DNA of 64,000 nucleotides from Bigelowiella natans CCMP2755. Its lineage: Eukaryota; Protista; Cercozoa. Location: positions 1 to 64,000 of the forward strand of contig ADNK01001691.1 in NCBI GenBank assembly GCA_000320545.1, in the 5' to 3' direction. Within the stretch, counting starts at the first letter, position 1. The number at the start of each line of letters is the position of its first letter. Below the pieces are notes generated by a model. That model was not told the origin of the DNA. It worked only from the letters and a program-made list of their open reading frames with translations, and searched no databases. The position numbers and the translations under genes are program-made. This document shows, one piece after another, positions 39,063-53,225 of the stretch.

Positions 39063-39707
39063 GTTGGCCAGATGGGCCTTGTTCGGCCTTTGTCTGGAAA
39101 ATAGGGAGTAATAAGAGTTTTATGGAGAACTACGAATGCTTTTCTCGGCACGCCATGCGCAGCTATCTGACTGCTAGAGGGGATGTTCTCTAGAATTTCA
39201 AATTATTGATCATTGCGCACTCTTTTGTAGCAAAACTTGCAGATGCACGTATTGATGTGCATATGCCTACATATAGAGGCACAGAGAGCTCTACAGATAT
39301 ACATGCCTCTGTACGCCGATGCTCATGTCGTATTGTAATAATGTCTAGATGTACGTGTACTTTTCATATACTGTATTTTGTTTAATATCTAAATATGTAC
39401 GTCTCGAAGCACATATAGCTCAGATATGCGTGCGCATGCACGTACATTTTACATCCACTAAGGCCTATATAGCCTCATGAGGCAACCGTTTGCTTATCGA
39501 GCGAGCCAAGCAATGCACGCGTGGCGTCGTATCGTACCAAACTTCGTACACATGTGATATATAGTGAGCGATGCACTCGCTGTTTTTATATTTGCATGCC
39601 TATAGCTACATTAAGGTCACCATTGACCAAGCTTGCATTAACAATTACATCTGTCTCATAAGTCGTTGGGTACAGATGTGTACGTATATGCACCGTATCG
39701 TAAATAT

Positions 39708-41614
39708 CTACATTACAATACACCGTTTAGCCGGTTGGCCAAGCTTCCCCTTTTTAGCTCCTGCTCGTTTTTTTAAGACCTTTCGGTGGGAAGCAAGTTG
39801 TAGGGTCACAATGCAATCGAAAGAAAGGGGCGTTATTATCGTTCTTTGTTCTCGGCAGTGCCTTATGTGAGCAATCTAAACGATCTAACTATTTCATATT
39901 ACCTGTTGTATGGCCTCATCAAAAACCTACAAATCAAAAAAGACAGAAGAAGTTAGGGTTCGGGCTGACTGCGTGTCCCGCCTTTCCTCGTCTCTAATTA
40001 GTTCATAAAATGCAGAACGAGAAAGTAGCTATATGCATATTGAGGTCGGATCGCAACGCCGAAGTGATAACACCATTGCTATTATCCTGACACGATCAAA
40101 ATGCCGCGAAACAAAATTTATCTCTTGTATCAAATTATCTGCTCCATGCTGTGTATTACCGTTTTCAGGCCCTCAGTTGTCAAAGCGGAGCATTCATGGT
40201 AATCCTGAGCTCCAATTGCGTTTGCGACAGCTATAGCACTCTCCCTACTCACCAAACCCTGCAATACCAGCCAGACAAGCGAATTTAAGCACGCAAGGAG
40301 AGAACACATCGCGTGATCGTGCATCGATGGCCGTGGTTTACAACATGCTTCTTGGTGAGTGTGGGCGCTCTAGAACAACTATCGTTGTGTTTGGCCCGCC
40401 ACAGAAGCAGCATCCACGAGCACACCATTAATGCATTTTCGGGGACCAATCAACATCCGTGCCAAAGCATTTTTTTCGGTTACGGCGACCTTTCCCTCCT
40501 TCCACAGCTTCTCTATGGTGTCTTGGCAATGCCGTTTGTCGGACTTGTTCCCAATCAGCAGGAGGATGGAGTTGCCGCTATAGTGTTGTAGTTCCTGATG
40601 AGGAGATGGAGGGGGAGGAAGAGGTGGAGGGGTGCGGGGGGAGGAAGAGGTGGTGGTGGTTATGGTGGAGGAGGAGGAGGAGGAGAAGGAGGAGGAGGAG
40701 GAGGAATACAAAGAAGAGGAGGAGTGGGAGACAGAGAGAACACTAGCATGCCGGCGATGAAAGTGACGATGATAGATGAGAAGAAGCAAAAGGAGAAGAG
40801 GTTGAGTCACAAAGTCTATCCATATTTTTTTCTTCTGGTAAATAATACCGGTGCCCATCTCTTACGGACGTTATCAAGTGACGCTGCAGCAATACACAGT
40901 CAAGAGACAGAGAATGTTATGAAGATGAATACGAAAGGTTTATGGGCCTAGATCTCCCTCTGGCTTGAAACCATGCATTCACGCAAGCGTCGGTTTTCAC
41001 GAGTTTGGGCAAGGGTCAAATTTATGCAGCTTATCAACAGTTCATACCTGGTTGATCTATGGAGAAAACGACGAGGAAAACGTCTGTATTTCCATACGCC
41101 GTCGGCCGGAGCCGATTGAATACATCCTACCAGAAATTCCTTCAGTAAATTACGAGCCGATTCTCCTCGACAGGGGGGGGGTAACACAAATTTCTTGACG
41201 AGAATATTTTTGCACTGTCACAGTCATCTTTATCACCACCATTACCACAGCAATCGTAACCAACCTTTGCTGCCGTGTCCCATATGTTCAAGTTGACCAC
41301 CTTCTCATCCACCTACACAAAAAATATAGACGCAGCATCTGACTACCGTTACCTTTTCATTCCCCTTCACGCTCGGAATTAGAAGCGGCACCACGTTCAA
41401 CCATGCCAAAACGCTTACCACAAGCTTCGAGTTCACGCTGTCAAACACCGTTTGGACGCTATTTTCCGGGAAGCACTTCTTCGTGTAACTATAGAACATT
41501 ATCGCGTATTCAAAACGGCACATCTCTAAGAAGAAGCTGTCCCAACCTCACGAGGAGGCACGTCTTCCCGACATTGCCATCGCCTACGACGACGCACTTT
41601 ATCGACTCACTCAT
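39708..41614 (-). CDS. Rho/Rac-family small GTPase, atypical
   Basis: IKCVVVGDGNVGKTCLL, TVFD, LNIWDTAAK|DVFNRLRPTAYGNTDVF, GNKSD, ECSALT, polybasic tail and CAAX box CIVM*. Confidence 0.9.
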
Positions 41615-41993
41615 TCGAACAACGACCAAATAAACCGAGAGGTTATCCTTGGTGCGGAGCGGAAGAACTCGGGGGAGGGGACTGGTGGCGATCGGAAGTT
41701 TGGCAGCGACCGCTGCTGGTCAATCCTGTCAAACATCGCAAATGAGGAAAAATAAGAAAAGCTCAATATGTTATGTCGCAGAAGAAAATACCATTGTATT
41801 TCTCTCATCTTATCTGAGCGCATGTTTTACATTAATACACACAAAAACCTGCAAATCAAGGGCAATTTCAGGTGAAATCTCACGAGGGATGCAAGAAGTT
41901 CTAGAGTTCTCCCGGATGCCCTCGTTGGAGATTATAAGATATTCTCAGGTATCCTCGAGATTTGTAGAGATTTAATCGTATTTTTCCGAACTG

Positions 41994-42844
41994 ATGTCGT
42001 TCATGAGGCTCGGTCGGAGCTGTTACCGCTCCCCCTGGCTTCTGCCTGTGCCACTGAGATTGAGCAGGGCGCTCTCGACGTGCGCATCTTTCTCCTATCG
42101 TAGTAAGGTCTTCCTTCTAATATGTGATAATCGCAACGGAAGTTGTTGTGTTTCTCATCCGGTTCCCACTCTGTGAAGGCCGAATATCCCGTCGGCCACA
42201 ATCTTGGTCAGCTCAACATTGCGAGACTCAAGTATCCAAAGGTCTGCACTATTGTATTTTCCCAATGAGCCTTCAATTCGCCATACCTCTCCTGGGTCTA
42301 CTATTTTTCCACACCAAAATAATCGATTATGAGAGGCAAAGCTGTGTGTGCTCCGAACTAGGACGACGAAAGAGTTGGGGATTTTTTTGCTGCTCTGGAC
42401 AAGGTCAACGCTGTTGCAGATAAGTCGAACGGGTTTGTGTGGCGCCTGAAGGATGGAGGTGGAGACGCTACTAGTTTCCAGATCGAAGCGGAAGACCCCT
42501 CAGCGCTTTCGACACTGTCTGTTTGGGAAAACCCCGAGTCTTTGATAAGGTATGAACGCACCATGGCTGCTCAATTGTCGTAATCTGCAGCCCCAATCTG
42601 CAGGTATACTTTCAAATCCGTGCACAAACTATATTTCAAACGCCGATCCGAGTGGTTCAAGCCGTCCCAAGTGGACTTCGTCATGTGGTGGATACCGGAG
42701 GGAGAAATTCCAACGCTTGCAGAAGCAAAGGAGCGGTTGCACTTGCTTCGCGAACACGGCCCATCCGAGAAAGCATTTGGATGGGGATCGTTACCGGGGG
42801 AGCTTAGAGAAGAGGTCAGTCTGAGCCGCCAAAATCACGCCTGA
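41994..42844 (+). CDS. DUF3291-family protein with a mitochondrial-type presequence
   Basis: LGQLNIARL, FFAALDKVNAVADKSNGFVWRL, LSVWE, HKLYFKRRSEWF, VMWWIPEGEIPTLAEAKERLHLLREHGPSEKAF. Confidence 0.8.
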
Positions 42845-43026
42845 CGATTTGCAGCAATTAAAATTTAAAAATCCCCATACACATTTTCGAAGCTTTTGCA
42901 TTTAAGGAGGATCATCATATAAACTATTAGCTAGAGAAAACCAGGCGCAAGTAATTATTGCCATAATCATCTACTGCGGCGTCCTTTCTTTCATGGCATT
43001 TGCGTCCAGCGATAGTAGACACATCG

Positions 43027-43057
<31 letters not shown>

Positions 43058-43551
43058 ACATATATATTATATAGCACTGTCTATGGTAGCGGTTATTTCA
43101 TTGTTATATATTGTGCGTGGTCATACAGCAGCGCCATTGTGCTTGCATTTTAAACCGCTATCTGGGCATTTCCACAGGCATAAGCCTACGCTATTTGGCT
43201 ATATGTGACACAAATACAATTTACACCATCATATATATACTAGTACTGCGTATAGTGGCGTACTTGCATTCATCCTGCTATATTGTATTTGTCATCGCGT
43301 GACTTGTACGACTGACTAAAAATAAGCATGCATCGCATGCAGTACGTCGTCATAATAGCAGTCTATTCTACTATTTGTTGTGACATCCATGCCACAACGA
43401 ACGACGTGTCTGACAAAATGAGTATCGTACGTATGCCTGTGCGCGCATATATATATGCATAATTATATTGTGTGTCTGCTGCGCTTTTTACATGCTAGCT
43501 AGCAAGCTAGCACGTCTCCAGCTTGATAGTCAGTCTAAAATTGAGACGCAT

Positions 43552-45423
43552 TCATTGTGCATTCGTCATTGTTCGTAGGTTGCGACGATGCTTCCTCGTT
43601 CGTTTTTGGAGGCTAGCTAGTTTTTTCTCTGATGCGCGCAGCGCTTGGATGATGTCTTGTGTAGATGCGCGTGACGTTCTTGGGCGGCCATGCCCGCCTT
43701 TGTTCGAGGCGTAACTACTTCCCCTTTTCACCGCCCCTCGTGTTTTGGTTTTTAATGAATAGGTCCCCGTTCTCTCGCTGGCCACACCACGTTTATCATC
43801 ATTCGTCATTCTCGGCTCACTTCGCGTTTCGCCGGCATCGTCGTTCAAGGAAGGAGGTACCACATGCAAATCCATCGGATTAAAAGAAGCCCACCCTGAA
43901 AGAGCAGTCCGATCACCTCTCTGATCAAACGCCTGTTTCCTTTCCCTTCGTTCCCTAAAGTCGAAATTGCAATCTTCTTCATGTCTTGGCTCAGCCAGAG
44001 GGAATCGCCCACGAGATCCTAGTGTTGTTCGCTTTAGCAAAGCGATACTATCCCTCCCATTCAGTCGGGGTTCTGCCTGTTTCAAGGAGGACGCTAGCAA
44101 CGGAAGAGATAGCTTTGAGCGCTGGACGTCGTACCTCCTCTTCCGTTCGCTTTCTCGCCGCAATGCACAAAGTCGACATTCGGCGCGATGATGATGAGAA
44201 GTCAAGCTTCCCAGCAAATGTGCGAGATCATCATCATTCTCGTCATCCAGCTGTGCTGTCCCCATTTTGTCTAAGCGATCTCTGGAGGTGGCATGTTCAG
44301 TTCGGGGGCAATCTCGTTCGCTATGATCGCTCGTCTGACCGGATTTTACGGCTGATTCGCCGGTTGTTTCTCCATCGAGAGGAAGTACAGCTTCATTACT
44401 CTGCTGCCGTTGAGTCTCACCGTCGCGGTGTAGCGAGTTTGAGAGGCAACTATGATCATCGTGACGGTCGCTTTGGATTGAAACATGGTGCTCTTTTTGA
44501 CCTTTTCTATGTGAGATACCGGCATCGACAAATGCCGTTTTCTCCTCTTTCCCCCTCCTCCCTCTAACCTCTTTGTCGTGAGAATGCGCTTCAGCCTTCT
44601 CCTTCTTCTCCTCATCGGCCTCCATTTGACCATCGATGCTCGGGTTGTAGAAGACCTCCATCCATATCGGCACGCCCTCGAGCAGTCCCAACGTCGGATA
44701 CTGATGCGAGACGTGATGGGAGGCGGAAGCGGGCAATGGCGAAGAGGAAGAAGAGGAAGAAACCGACGCATACAGAACAGGAGGCTTTCGATGCTGCTGT
44801 CTACGCCCCCCCCCGGCGCTGCTTTTCTTCATGGTCGCCCCTCTTCGTTTATTCATTCTCTTAATTGACTCCAGCTTCTGTTTGGTCCTTTGCTCTGTCC
44901 GTATCTCTCGTGCCTGTGCGCTCCAACAGTGGCGCGGAAAGGATTCTGATGAAAGCGCGTGTTCTACCGCTTCTTGGGGCGATTTCAGGCGGATGTACCG
45001 GTCGTTGAGGCTGCTCCACTCGTGGCGCAGCCACTCTTCCTGCGTGTGGAATTGGCACGAGGACAACAACGGCGACTCTATATCGGATGTCGCATTTTCA
45101 TGTGATACTGGTGAGGGAATTTCGCCCTCTGCAGCGTTGCTTGCTTCTCCATTTTCTTCGATATTGTGATGCTCCTCCTCGGTCGTATCCTCGCCTCTCG
45201 GAGTGTCGGCGGCTGCATTTGATCCAGGATGGCAGTCCGAGTGCTCGTCGCTGCTGGGCGGGGCGTGATTCCGGCGATCTCTTTCTTTTGGCGCAACCGT
45301 ATCGTTTAGATCTTCGTTCTTGCAGTTTTTCTCTTCCTCTGGGATGTCGAACTTGCGGTCATCGATATGGCGGGAAGGTGGTTGGCTGCGTGGCTCTTCG
45401 TTCTTCTCTGTGAAAAAAGTCAT
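43552..45423 (-). CDS. Hypothetical low-complexity protein (623 aa)
   Basis: Long uninterrupted ORF with charged/disordered composition and no recognised domain. Confidence 0.65.
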   Translation of the reverse strand: MTFFTEKNEEPRSQPPSRHIDDRKFDIPEEEKNCKNEDLNDTVAPKERDRRNHAPPSSDEHSDCHPGSNAAADTPRGEDTTEEEHHNIEENGEASNAAEGEIPSPVSHENATSDIESPLLSSCQFHTQEEWLRHEWSSLNDRYIRLKSPQEAVEHALSSESFPRHCWSAQAREIRTEQRTKQKLESIKRMNKRRGATMKKSSAGGGRRQQHRKPPVLYASVSSSSSSSPLPASASHHVSHQYPTLGLLEGVPIWMEVFYNPSIDGQMEADEEKKEKAEAHSHDKEVRGRRGKEEKTAFVDAGISHRKGQKEHHVSIQSDRHDDHSCLSNSLHRDGETQRQQSNEAVLPLDGETTGESAVKSGQTSDHSERDCPRTEHATSRDRLDKMGTAQLDDENDDDLAHLLGSLTSHHHRAECRLCALRRESERKRRYDVQRSKLSLPLLASSLKQAEPRLNGRDSIALLKRTTLGSRGRFPLAEPRHEEDCNFDFRERRERKQAFDQRGDRTALSGWASFNPMDLHVVPPSLNDDAGETRSEPRMTNDDKRGVASERTGTYSLKTKTRGAVKRGSSYASNKGGHGRPRTSRASTQDIIQALRASEKKLASLQKRTRKHRRNLRTMTNAQ

Positions 45424-46296
45424 ATGAATCGTTGCGGTTTTAGGAGCTACGATGCGACGGCAGCAGGAACAAAACGACGATGATAGTGAGCGACGAAACC
45501 TGGCGGGAGTAGCTTTCGGTACTTTAGATCATTGCTCTGGAACCGATGGATCAGTTCTGCCCCCGAATAAAAAAGCAGCAGGTTAGTGATGTGAGCAAGA
45601 GCGCTCTAGGCGACAACACGAATCGATTCAAAACCACCTTCAAGCTGCTGTTTGTGCTTCTTGATCTGTGCCTTGATACTCAAGTTCGACTTCATGGCGT
45701 GCGGTCGCCCACCCGCTCCAAAGCGGAAAAACACCAGATCAGCAGACACGGCCGATGCTACCTCGCCTTACTTCAATAGCATTCCTCGTCATCCCACTAA
45801 TGCTCCCATCCCTCTCGCACATCGGCTACCGCTCCGTTTCACAGTGTATTCCTTCTCGGCGCTGGTTCTCCCCCTGCCTGTGTCCACACTACCTATTCAA
45901 CGGCTACTCTCGCTGTGGGCGGGTGCAGACGAGAGGTCGATGTTGGACAAACTGGCTCCGGGCAGAATATTTAGGAAATACTCAGCTTATCTCTCCCAAT
46001 CAGAAAAAAAATCGTTGCAACAAAAGCAACAATTCTACCCGAAGTTTAAAATTAATCGGGGATTTATGCATTACGACTCGATGGTTTCCATGCATATCCT
46101 CAAAATCGTACGTGTTTTGACACACGAGGAAATATTATCGCAGATATATCCGATCTTCTTGCCCCCCCAGCAAGACGTAGAAGAGCGAGCGATCGCTTAC
46201 GCGCCACATCCACCATCTACATAGCCTTGTCTTAGACCAGTTCTTACGGCTTCTGGATCCGATCTCCTGCCCATTCCGGACAAATCTGTGCGCGCA

Positions 46297-46586
46297 ATGG
46301 CGGACACCCCAGTCAAGGTCTGCTCTTTTTTTCTTGCGTTAGGAGCACGTCGTGGGGAATTCTAACAACATTTTTGGGCTGTTGAAAATTGATTTCGAAG
46401 GATCAGAAGGATACATCATGCTTGACGTCGACGCATAAGCAGGAGGGGGTCAAAAACGGGGGGACGAAGGAGAATAAGACACAAGATTCTAAACAAAAGA
46501 CAGGGGGATGGGTGAGGACACCCTTTGGCTTTGGACGCATTAAGGTATATACGAAGACTTTTGTGATATTTTTGTACATATTCTTG

Positions 46587-46666
<80 letters not shown>

Positions 46667-47004
46667 CCCCCTAACGCATATTGGGATATCGTTTTGCATT
46701 CACCAGGAAGTCGGGGCTGCAGTGTCAAGCGTTGAGGCGAAATTCGGCACTATTTACCTCCCTACGAAGCTAATAAAGGATCATATTGAGCTAAAGGTGA
46801 GAACAGAAACTTAACATACGCATCCACACCATGTTCAATGTGCACGCATATGCGCCCAGGTGACGACATTCTACAAGAAGAAACAGCACGTCCTCATGAA
46901 GCTGAGGCCAGATCAAACCGGCGAGAACATACGCGACGGAATCTGCAAGAAGTTCGCATGCTCCAGGGAAGAGGTTCTTCCATCACTCCAAACCTGCATT
47001 CACG

Positions 47005-47036
<32 letters not shown>

Positions 47037-47366
47037 GAGTTGCTAACCCCCCCCCTGACTGCCATGCCATGCCATGCTATCTCTCCTTTTGGCGAGCCCC
47101 CTGCTGGTAAACATAGCGATAACAATATGACTAGGTGCGCTTGGTTCTGCGCGGGGTAGAGCTGACCAGCGAGCAGATACGATCCCCAGTTTCGACTCTC
47201 CAGTTTCCGATTGGGAAGGAGGTAAATGGGAAATCTATAATCGCTTTTGGCATTCAATGAGCGACTGTGAGGGGCCCTTTCTCGTGCGGGTGATGACCCC
47301 TCTACGAGGGGTTCGGTGCGGGGAAACTAAAAGAGAGTCGTGGTTTCACAGCAAACCCCCCCCTCC

Positions 47367-47401
<35 letters not shown>

Positions 47402-48808
47402 ACTCACTCACCATCTTGCGTCGCGACAAAAATGCAATCATCAGGGACTGGAGATTCTGTTCGTCCACGAAAGCAGCCACAACTTCAAGTTTGAAGATCC
47501 CTCGCGGAGGAGCCTTGGTGGGGAGTTGAACGCCGTTAGCTTTGATCTTATCGAGCAGTAGCAGCAGGGAGGGAGGGAGGGAGGGAGGGAGGGAGGGAGG
47601 GGGGGGTGGGGTTGCAACTTAGTAGTCAAGCCACGGTTCTAACCAAGCTCATCACTTGCTTGCGGCATGGCGCATTGCCGTGCCGCGAGTGACAGATGAA
47701 GAAGCTCGTGCGTTCTTTCCTGCGCGCGAGTTTTTACTTCTTCCGCATGACTCCTCTTATCGATGTACTTTTCCCATGCCGATGCAGTCTGTGCTGCCGC
47801 GCTAGTAAGTCGCGTTGTCGATAAGAGATGATAGGTTAATTGTGTTGTTGTTGTTGTTGTTGTTGTTGTTGTCGTTGTCGTTGTAGGCTCTTCCCCTTCC
47901 CTGGGTCTGATTGGAGGGCTCCATCTTTCGAGCAACAAGCTCAGCGTCACGAAGATGAAGAAAGACCGTGACCATACCGTGCGTGGGAACGTGCTTTTGA
48001 CAAAGTAGAGGACATTCGTGCAGGCAGCAGCAGCCGCCGCAATTGTTGTCTTGCAATGAAGAAAAAGGAAAAGGGGGGAGATGGGGTTGTTGTTGTTCTC
48101 CGTAGTGAGAAAACACAGCAAACAAAATAGGAGAATGATTCTCTCAGCAGATTTGATTTACGTGAAACTACTAATCGGTGAGCGATCCCCACATTCACAA
48201 GATGCCTTTGATTATCCCACCATCAGAGGAAAGACTTTCTGGGACGTCCATATAGACAAGTACGGTGCCACTTGTACCATCTCACATCCGTACACAGCGT
48301 GTATTGATCTTTTGCAGTAAATGCTGACTCTCTCATGATATCCGCGCACAAAGCATGCCCTTTATTAAAGATCAAGATAGGGTATTGACCAAACGCCTAA
48401 ATTCCCTTCTTTACCCCCCCCCCTCCCCCTTACTCGCCCCGCCAGCTCGAAAATCGGCCGGATTAACCTCGGGGTACAACCAAGAAATGCGGAGACGAAG
48501 AGAGAAAAGAGCAGATAGTTAGAAAAGTGATCTCATCATCGAGAGGCATTGCTTCCTGGTGTAAAATGGCTGCCATCAGGAATACGCGCCCGCGTGCATG
48601 TGCCCCCCCCGCATATGCACGATAACATACACCCTTGTGTTTCTGTGTGTGTGCTACACCGCGCGACCATGACGCAGGTATGTGTGGAGGCTCAGCAGCA
48701 AACGGTTTATGTGGGCCAGAACGCTCACGGATGGGGGTATTATGGATCCAACGGGGAGGTGAGAGCTGCCGGCTAGCGCAGCAATCAGCGACGATAATAG
48801 GGGGAAAT

Positions 48809-48848
<40 letters not shown>

Positions 48849-48877
48849 CGGTTGGTGAAAGTTTGGAATTGCGGAAA

Positions 48878-48908
<31 letters not shown>

Positions 48909-49216
48909 CGCATTACATCTACTTGGATCACCATCAACTCATTATTCGGAGCGAGAGGAAGAGGGGAAGCTGAGGGAGGAGTGAGAATGCAGCACTTTGC
49001 CTCTTCTCTCTGTGCGGCAGACCTCCCAATGCAATCCGAACATCTCGTAGTATTAACTCCGTGTGTAAGCAATCGTCCGCGACTAACAAAGATACGGCTG
49101 TCAATGAAACATCTCTTCCCCCGCAGAAGGAGCACGCTAGCCGCTCTGACTACTATGGACAAGCGTATACGACTGGTGCGTGATATACTACATCACGTGT
49201 ATCATAATATATATTT

Positions 49217-49295
<79 letters not shown>

Positions 49296-49385
49296 CTTGT
49301 GCGTGTGTGTTTAATAAGTAAAAGAAAATGAGAAAGGAGAGTGGCTTCTCGATGCAGGGCATCATGCCATGCATAGAACGCTCGC

Positions 49386-49422
<37 letters not shown>

Positions 49423-49985
49423 TCCCGTTGATCGATTAGGAGACACGGTGCGCGTTATGGTCGACATGGAGAGTCGCACTCTTGCTTTTAAGAAGAACAG
49501 CGAAGACTACGGAATAGGTTGATCGAGCGTTTGTTCTCCGCACTCTCTTCTTCTCTCTCGCCGCCGCCATTGAGCGTCTGGGCATGTGTAGATGTCGCAG
49601 TCGAGACGTGGACTCCGCGTTCAGTTGAAAAGCCGCTCATTGCGATTTCAAGGCTATCAGCGACTTTTCGCAGCAACTGATGTTTCTCAAAACCAACGAT
49701 TTATTCATCTTTCGCGCGCGCGCCCCGTGGCATTGTCTGCCGCAGGGAGAAGAAGAAGAGTCATCTCGAAGGAGAGAGATCCGTACGCCGCCTTTGACGT
49801 TGCAGCTGCTTGTTCTCTCGACGTTCCATCTGCCGCCGTACGATTGACTTTCTTTTAGTAACCATGATTGTATGATTGTTTGTTATTATTCAGCTTTCAA
49901 GAACATCCCGAGTAGGGTGTACCCAGCGTTCACGTTGTACAATGTTGGCGACAAGATCACTCTGAGACGATTCGGCACTTTCTAA
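46297..49985 (+). CDS. SPRY/B30.2-domain protein with a possible ubiquitin-like region
   Basis: RGKTFWDVHID, YVGQNAHGWGYYGSNG, GDTVRVMVDMESRTLAFKKN, AFKNIPSRVYPAFTLY. Confidence 0.8.
46590..46660. repeat. (TC)n intronic microsatellite
   Basis: Seen directly. Confidence 0.9.
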
Positions 49986-51198
49986 ACAGCTCATGACGAT
50001 ATGCCGTTATCTATTATATATATATATATAATAGATATATATATATATATGTACATAATTATGGAACATATCCGGATTCATATTGAGTAGTTTCGGATGG
50101 TAAAAGGAAGCAATAGAAGGAGCCAGGGACAGCTACACAGAACGTCTACCATGTAGCAAAATGACCATCCTATTTAGTGTAATAGCTATGCAAATCAACG
50201 GCCACAGCGCTCAAACTGTGTTTCCCCGTTCTTACGTATTGCACATGCTAGCATGCAACACTAGCAAGCGCAATTGCAAGCGGTAACTGCATGTACAACG
50301 GATATGGGCTACAGTGTTAGAGTAGATCGGAGTGCAGCGCATTCGTCATCATTGATCAATTGAAACTATGCCACGGCTCTGTTCTCTGATGGACAAATGT
50401 GACATTGTGCAATTACATCTCGCGTACACACAGCAAAAAGAAGTGTTATATCAGTGTAGCCATTGCTAGATTGCGATGCACAGCTGCGATGGATGTCGCT
50501 GTCGCATTGTTTTCATGGGACCTTTGAAATAAAATGCAATGCACATTTTACTAGTAGCTACAAAGTAGAGCGAGGATGCAAACTCCTCAAGAGAATAACG
50601 TTTTCCAACCTAGCAACCCGCTGCTGGCAGGTGTGCAATGCGCGATACATGCAGCGTCGTCCAACCAGCGCTCACAAACATGCTCGATCCAGCGCGCCGC
50701 TTCGAGGCGAGTCAAGCGATGCGCGCTAGCGCGGGACGTGCAAGCTAGCTAGAAGCGTCCGGCACGTTACGTCATTAGAATCATAATATTTAATGCGCTA
50801 ATGCGTGTCAACATCTAGCAATCAATGCTAGAATAAGTGAAGTGGTACATCCACGCTCAACTGTGCAATGTTGTTGACTTTTTGATCATGTCATGGCGAA
50901 ATTGCACCTATCATGCAAGTCATGTCTAGATGTGTTACATTGCCAGTATATCAGCGGCGGCTATTATTTATTTCCTTGCATCCTAGTTTATGTTTTGATG
51001 CGACTAGACACATGCTGTTACGTTGTCTCTGTTCACATAAAGGTTGATAATGTTGGCAATTGTCACATGCGCATGTGTACAGCATCGCATATGTGCGTCA
51101 GATCATACATGAGATATTTTGCTTCTAAAATAATAACGTATAACTCGTCAACGGAAAAACGTGCGACTTTTCTTCGCGACCAGATGTCTAATTACACT

Positions 51199-52546
51199 CT
51201 ATGGCTTCACGTTCAGGAGAAGATTCTGCCCATCTTTCCCCGAGGGAAGGTATGTTATGTTGCGAGATCGAGCAAGTGTCTCAGAAATTTCCTTTGCAGT
51301 GTCGATCTTCCTCATCATTACCAAACCGGGGCCGTACTTTGATACTGCCTTCGCGACCAGCTCGGCGGATTCCGCATCCCCCTCAGCTTGAATAACTTTG
51401 GCTTGCCGCTCTTGCTCAGCCTAGGGCAGGGTGCAAAGAAAACGATGAATGGGGACGATAACAGATGGGCGTTGTTCCAAATATTATTACCCTCATAACG
51501 ACAAACTTCGCCCGTTCAGCCAACTGCGAAGCCACTTGCTTGTCTTCAATGGCCCTCGAGAAGTCTCCGGAGAAGTTCAAGTGGGTCTGCAAAAAATGGC
51601 GATGAGCTTAGGAACCGGATGGATTGCGTCGGGTGTTATGCCAACTACTCACGATCGAAACGTCGTCGAGGAGAATGTTGAAGGCGTTCAGGCGCTCCCT
51701 TAGGTTTTGGCGGATTTCCAGCGACACCTTGCGACCAAACAAAATACACAGCAGCCTCAGCGCAACATGCACACCGCCCGTCGATGCATGCTCGAGCAGC
51801 GCTCGGCCTCGCGTGCGATCGGAACCTTATCTCTTTGCGTTAGAAGCTGGTCCGCGTTGTATTGTGCCTGATATCCCAGGGGCAGGAAGCTGTCATCTTA
51901 TTATAGGTCGGGGAGTTAGAGTAGATTCGAATGTTTACCACGGTCCCTTTTAGCACTTCGTTAACGAGAGAGGGAAGGACCCGCTCGTCGTAATCGGGGC
52001 CTAGAGTTTGATATATCTCTGACAGATGGCGTGTATCTGGCTTCGACAGAACTCGGAGCGTAAGATTCACGTTTTGCAGATCTGTAGAAACCAACCATCA
52101 CCAAGAAGCTCCATTACACTTGATCAGCATAGTCGAGACGAGGGAAGTTGTCACCTTTCGACGCCGTCTGCGTTTTTACGGAGCGAGGCCGTGTCCTCAC
52201 GTCCATAATGATTGGCGTCTATTGACGAGAGAAAAACTCAGATCACCCCCCCCACATGTTCTCCACAACGATTACGACTCTACCTCCATGAAAGGGATGT
52301 AAGGATGGGTCCTCTCGTCATAGACGTCCTTTTGGATTCCGCCACTGAAGCGCTTGAACATGATCGCTCGTTTCCCTGGTTCGACTAAGGATTGTTATTG
52401 GTGGCGATCACGAAGCTGTTTGCATCTGTTTCTAACAACTCGCTCTTAAAGGGACCATTGAAAAGACAGTTGTATCCGATGAAGCCGGCGAGACCTGCTC
52501 CAAACCCGGCCACTCTGGCAGCTTTTCCAAAGAATTGTGCGCACAT
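51199..52546 (-). CDS. PHB: Prohibitin
   Basis: [16 protein letters not shown]...[47 protein letters not shown]. Confidence 0.93.
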
Positions 52547-53225
52547 TGATCTCCTATCTAAGAACAAAACCAAACAAGCCATCAAAACGCTGCGCTGCGA
52601 AAGCGGGGATGTTCCAAGTAGCGTGAGTTTCGAGATTTAATGTGCAGCTAGACTACACCATGCAAATTATGCTTCTATTCTGTTTTGGCGATTTGAACGT
52701 GTAAGGCACAATCAAGTTTAATTGGAAAAAAAAGGGGGTTTGGAGGAAGCCATGGATTCCAGTGAAGCCGGCGAACACGCCATGCGGGAACCATTCAGGT
52801 GAGTGTGTGGTGGCCAACCAAGAGGAATTCTGTTTATATCTTTACAATCGAACGAATAATATTACACATTAGCCTCTGTTTTCGATCTATTTTATAATTG
52901 CGACTTGAATATTATTTGTCGTTAAGTAAATTCTATCACCAATCAATGGGTAAGGTATATTCTCCCGATCTGAAAAGACTGTCTCAGTCTGGTAATTGTT
53001 GTGGATCTCGCTCGTCGAGAACTCCGATGTCGCGCAGTCATTTAGGCAATATTTTGTGGGGGATATATTTGATCAAAATACTCTTCAAATTGTTCTCGCA
53101 TGGATCGAAAAGGGACTGGTTTTGGATTTCGACAGAAACTGACACAAGATTTCCGCTCATCGATTTTCCGCCGAAACAACACGTCGGTAACTTTGTTTTG
53201 TTTGCTCACCACTGCGCGCGCTGCG

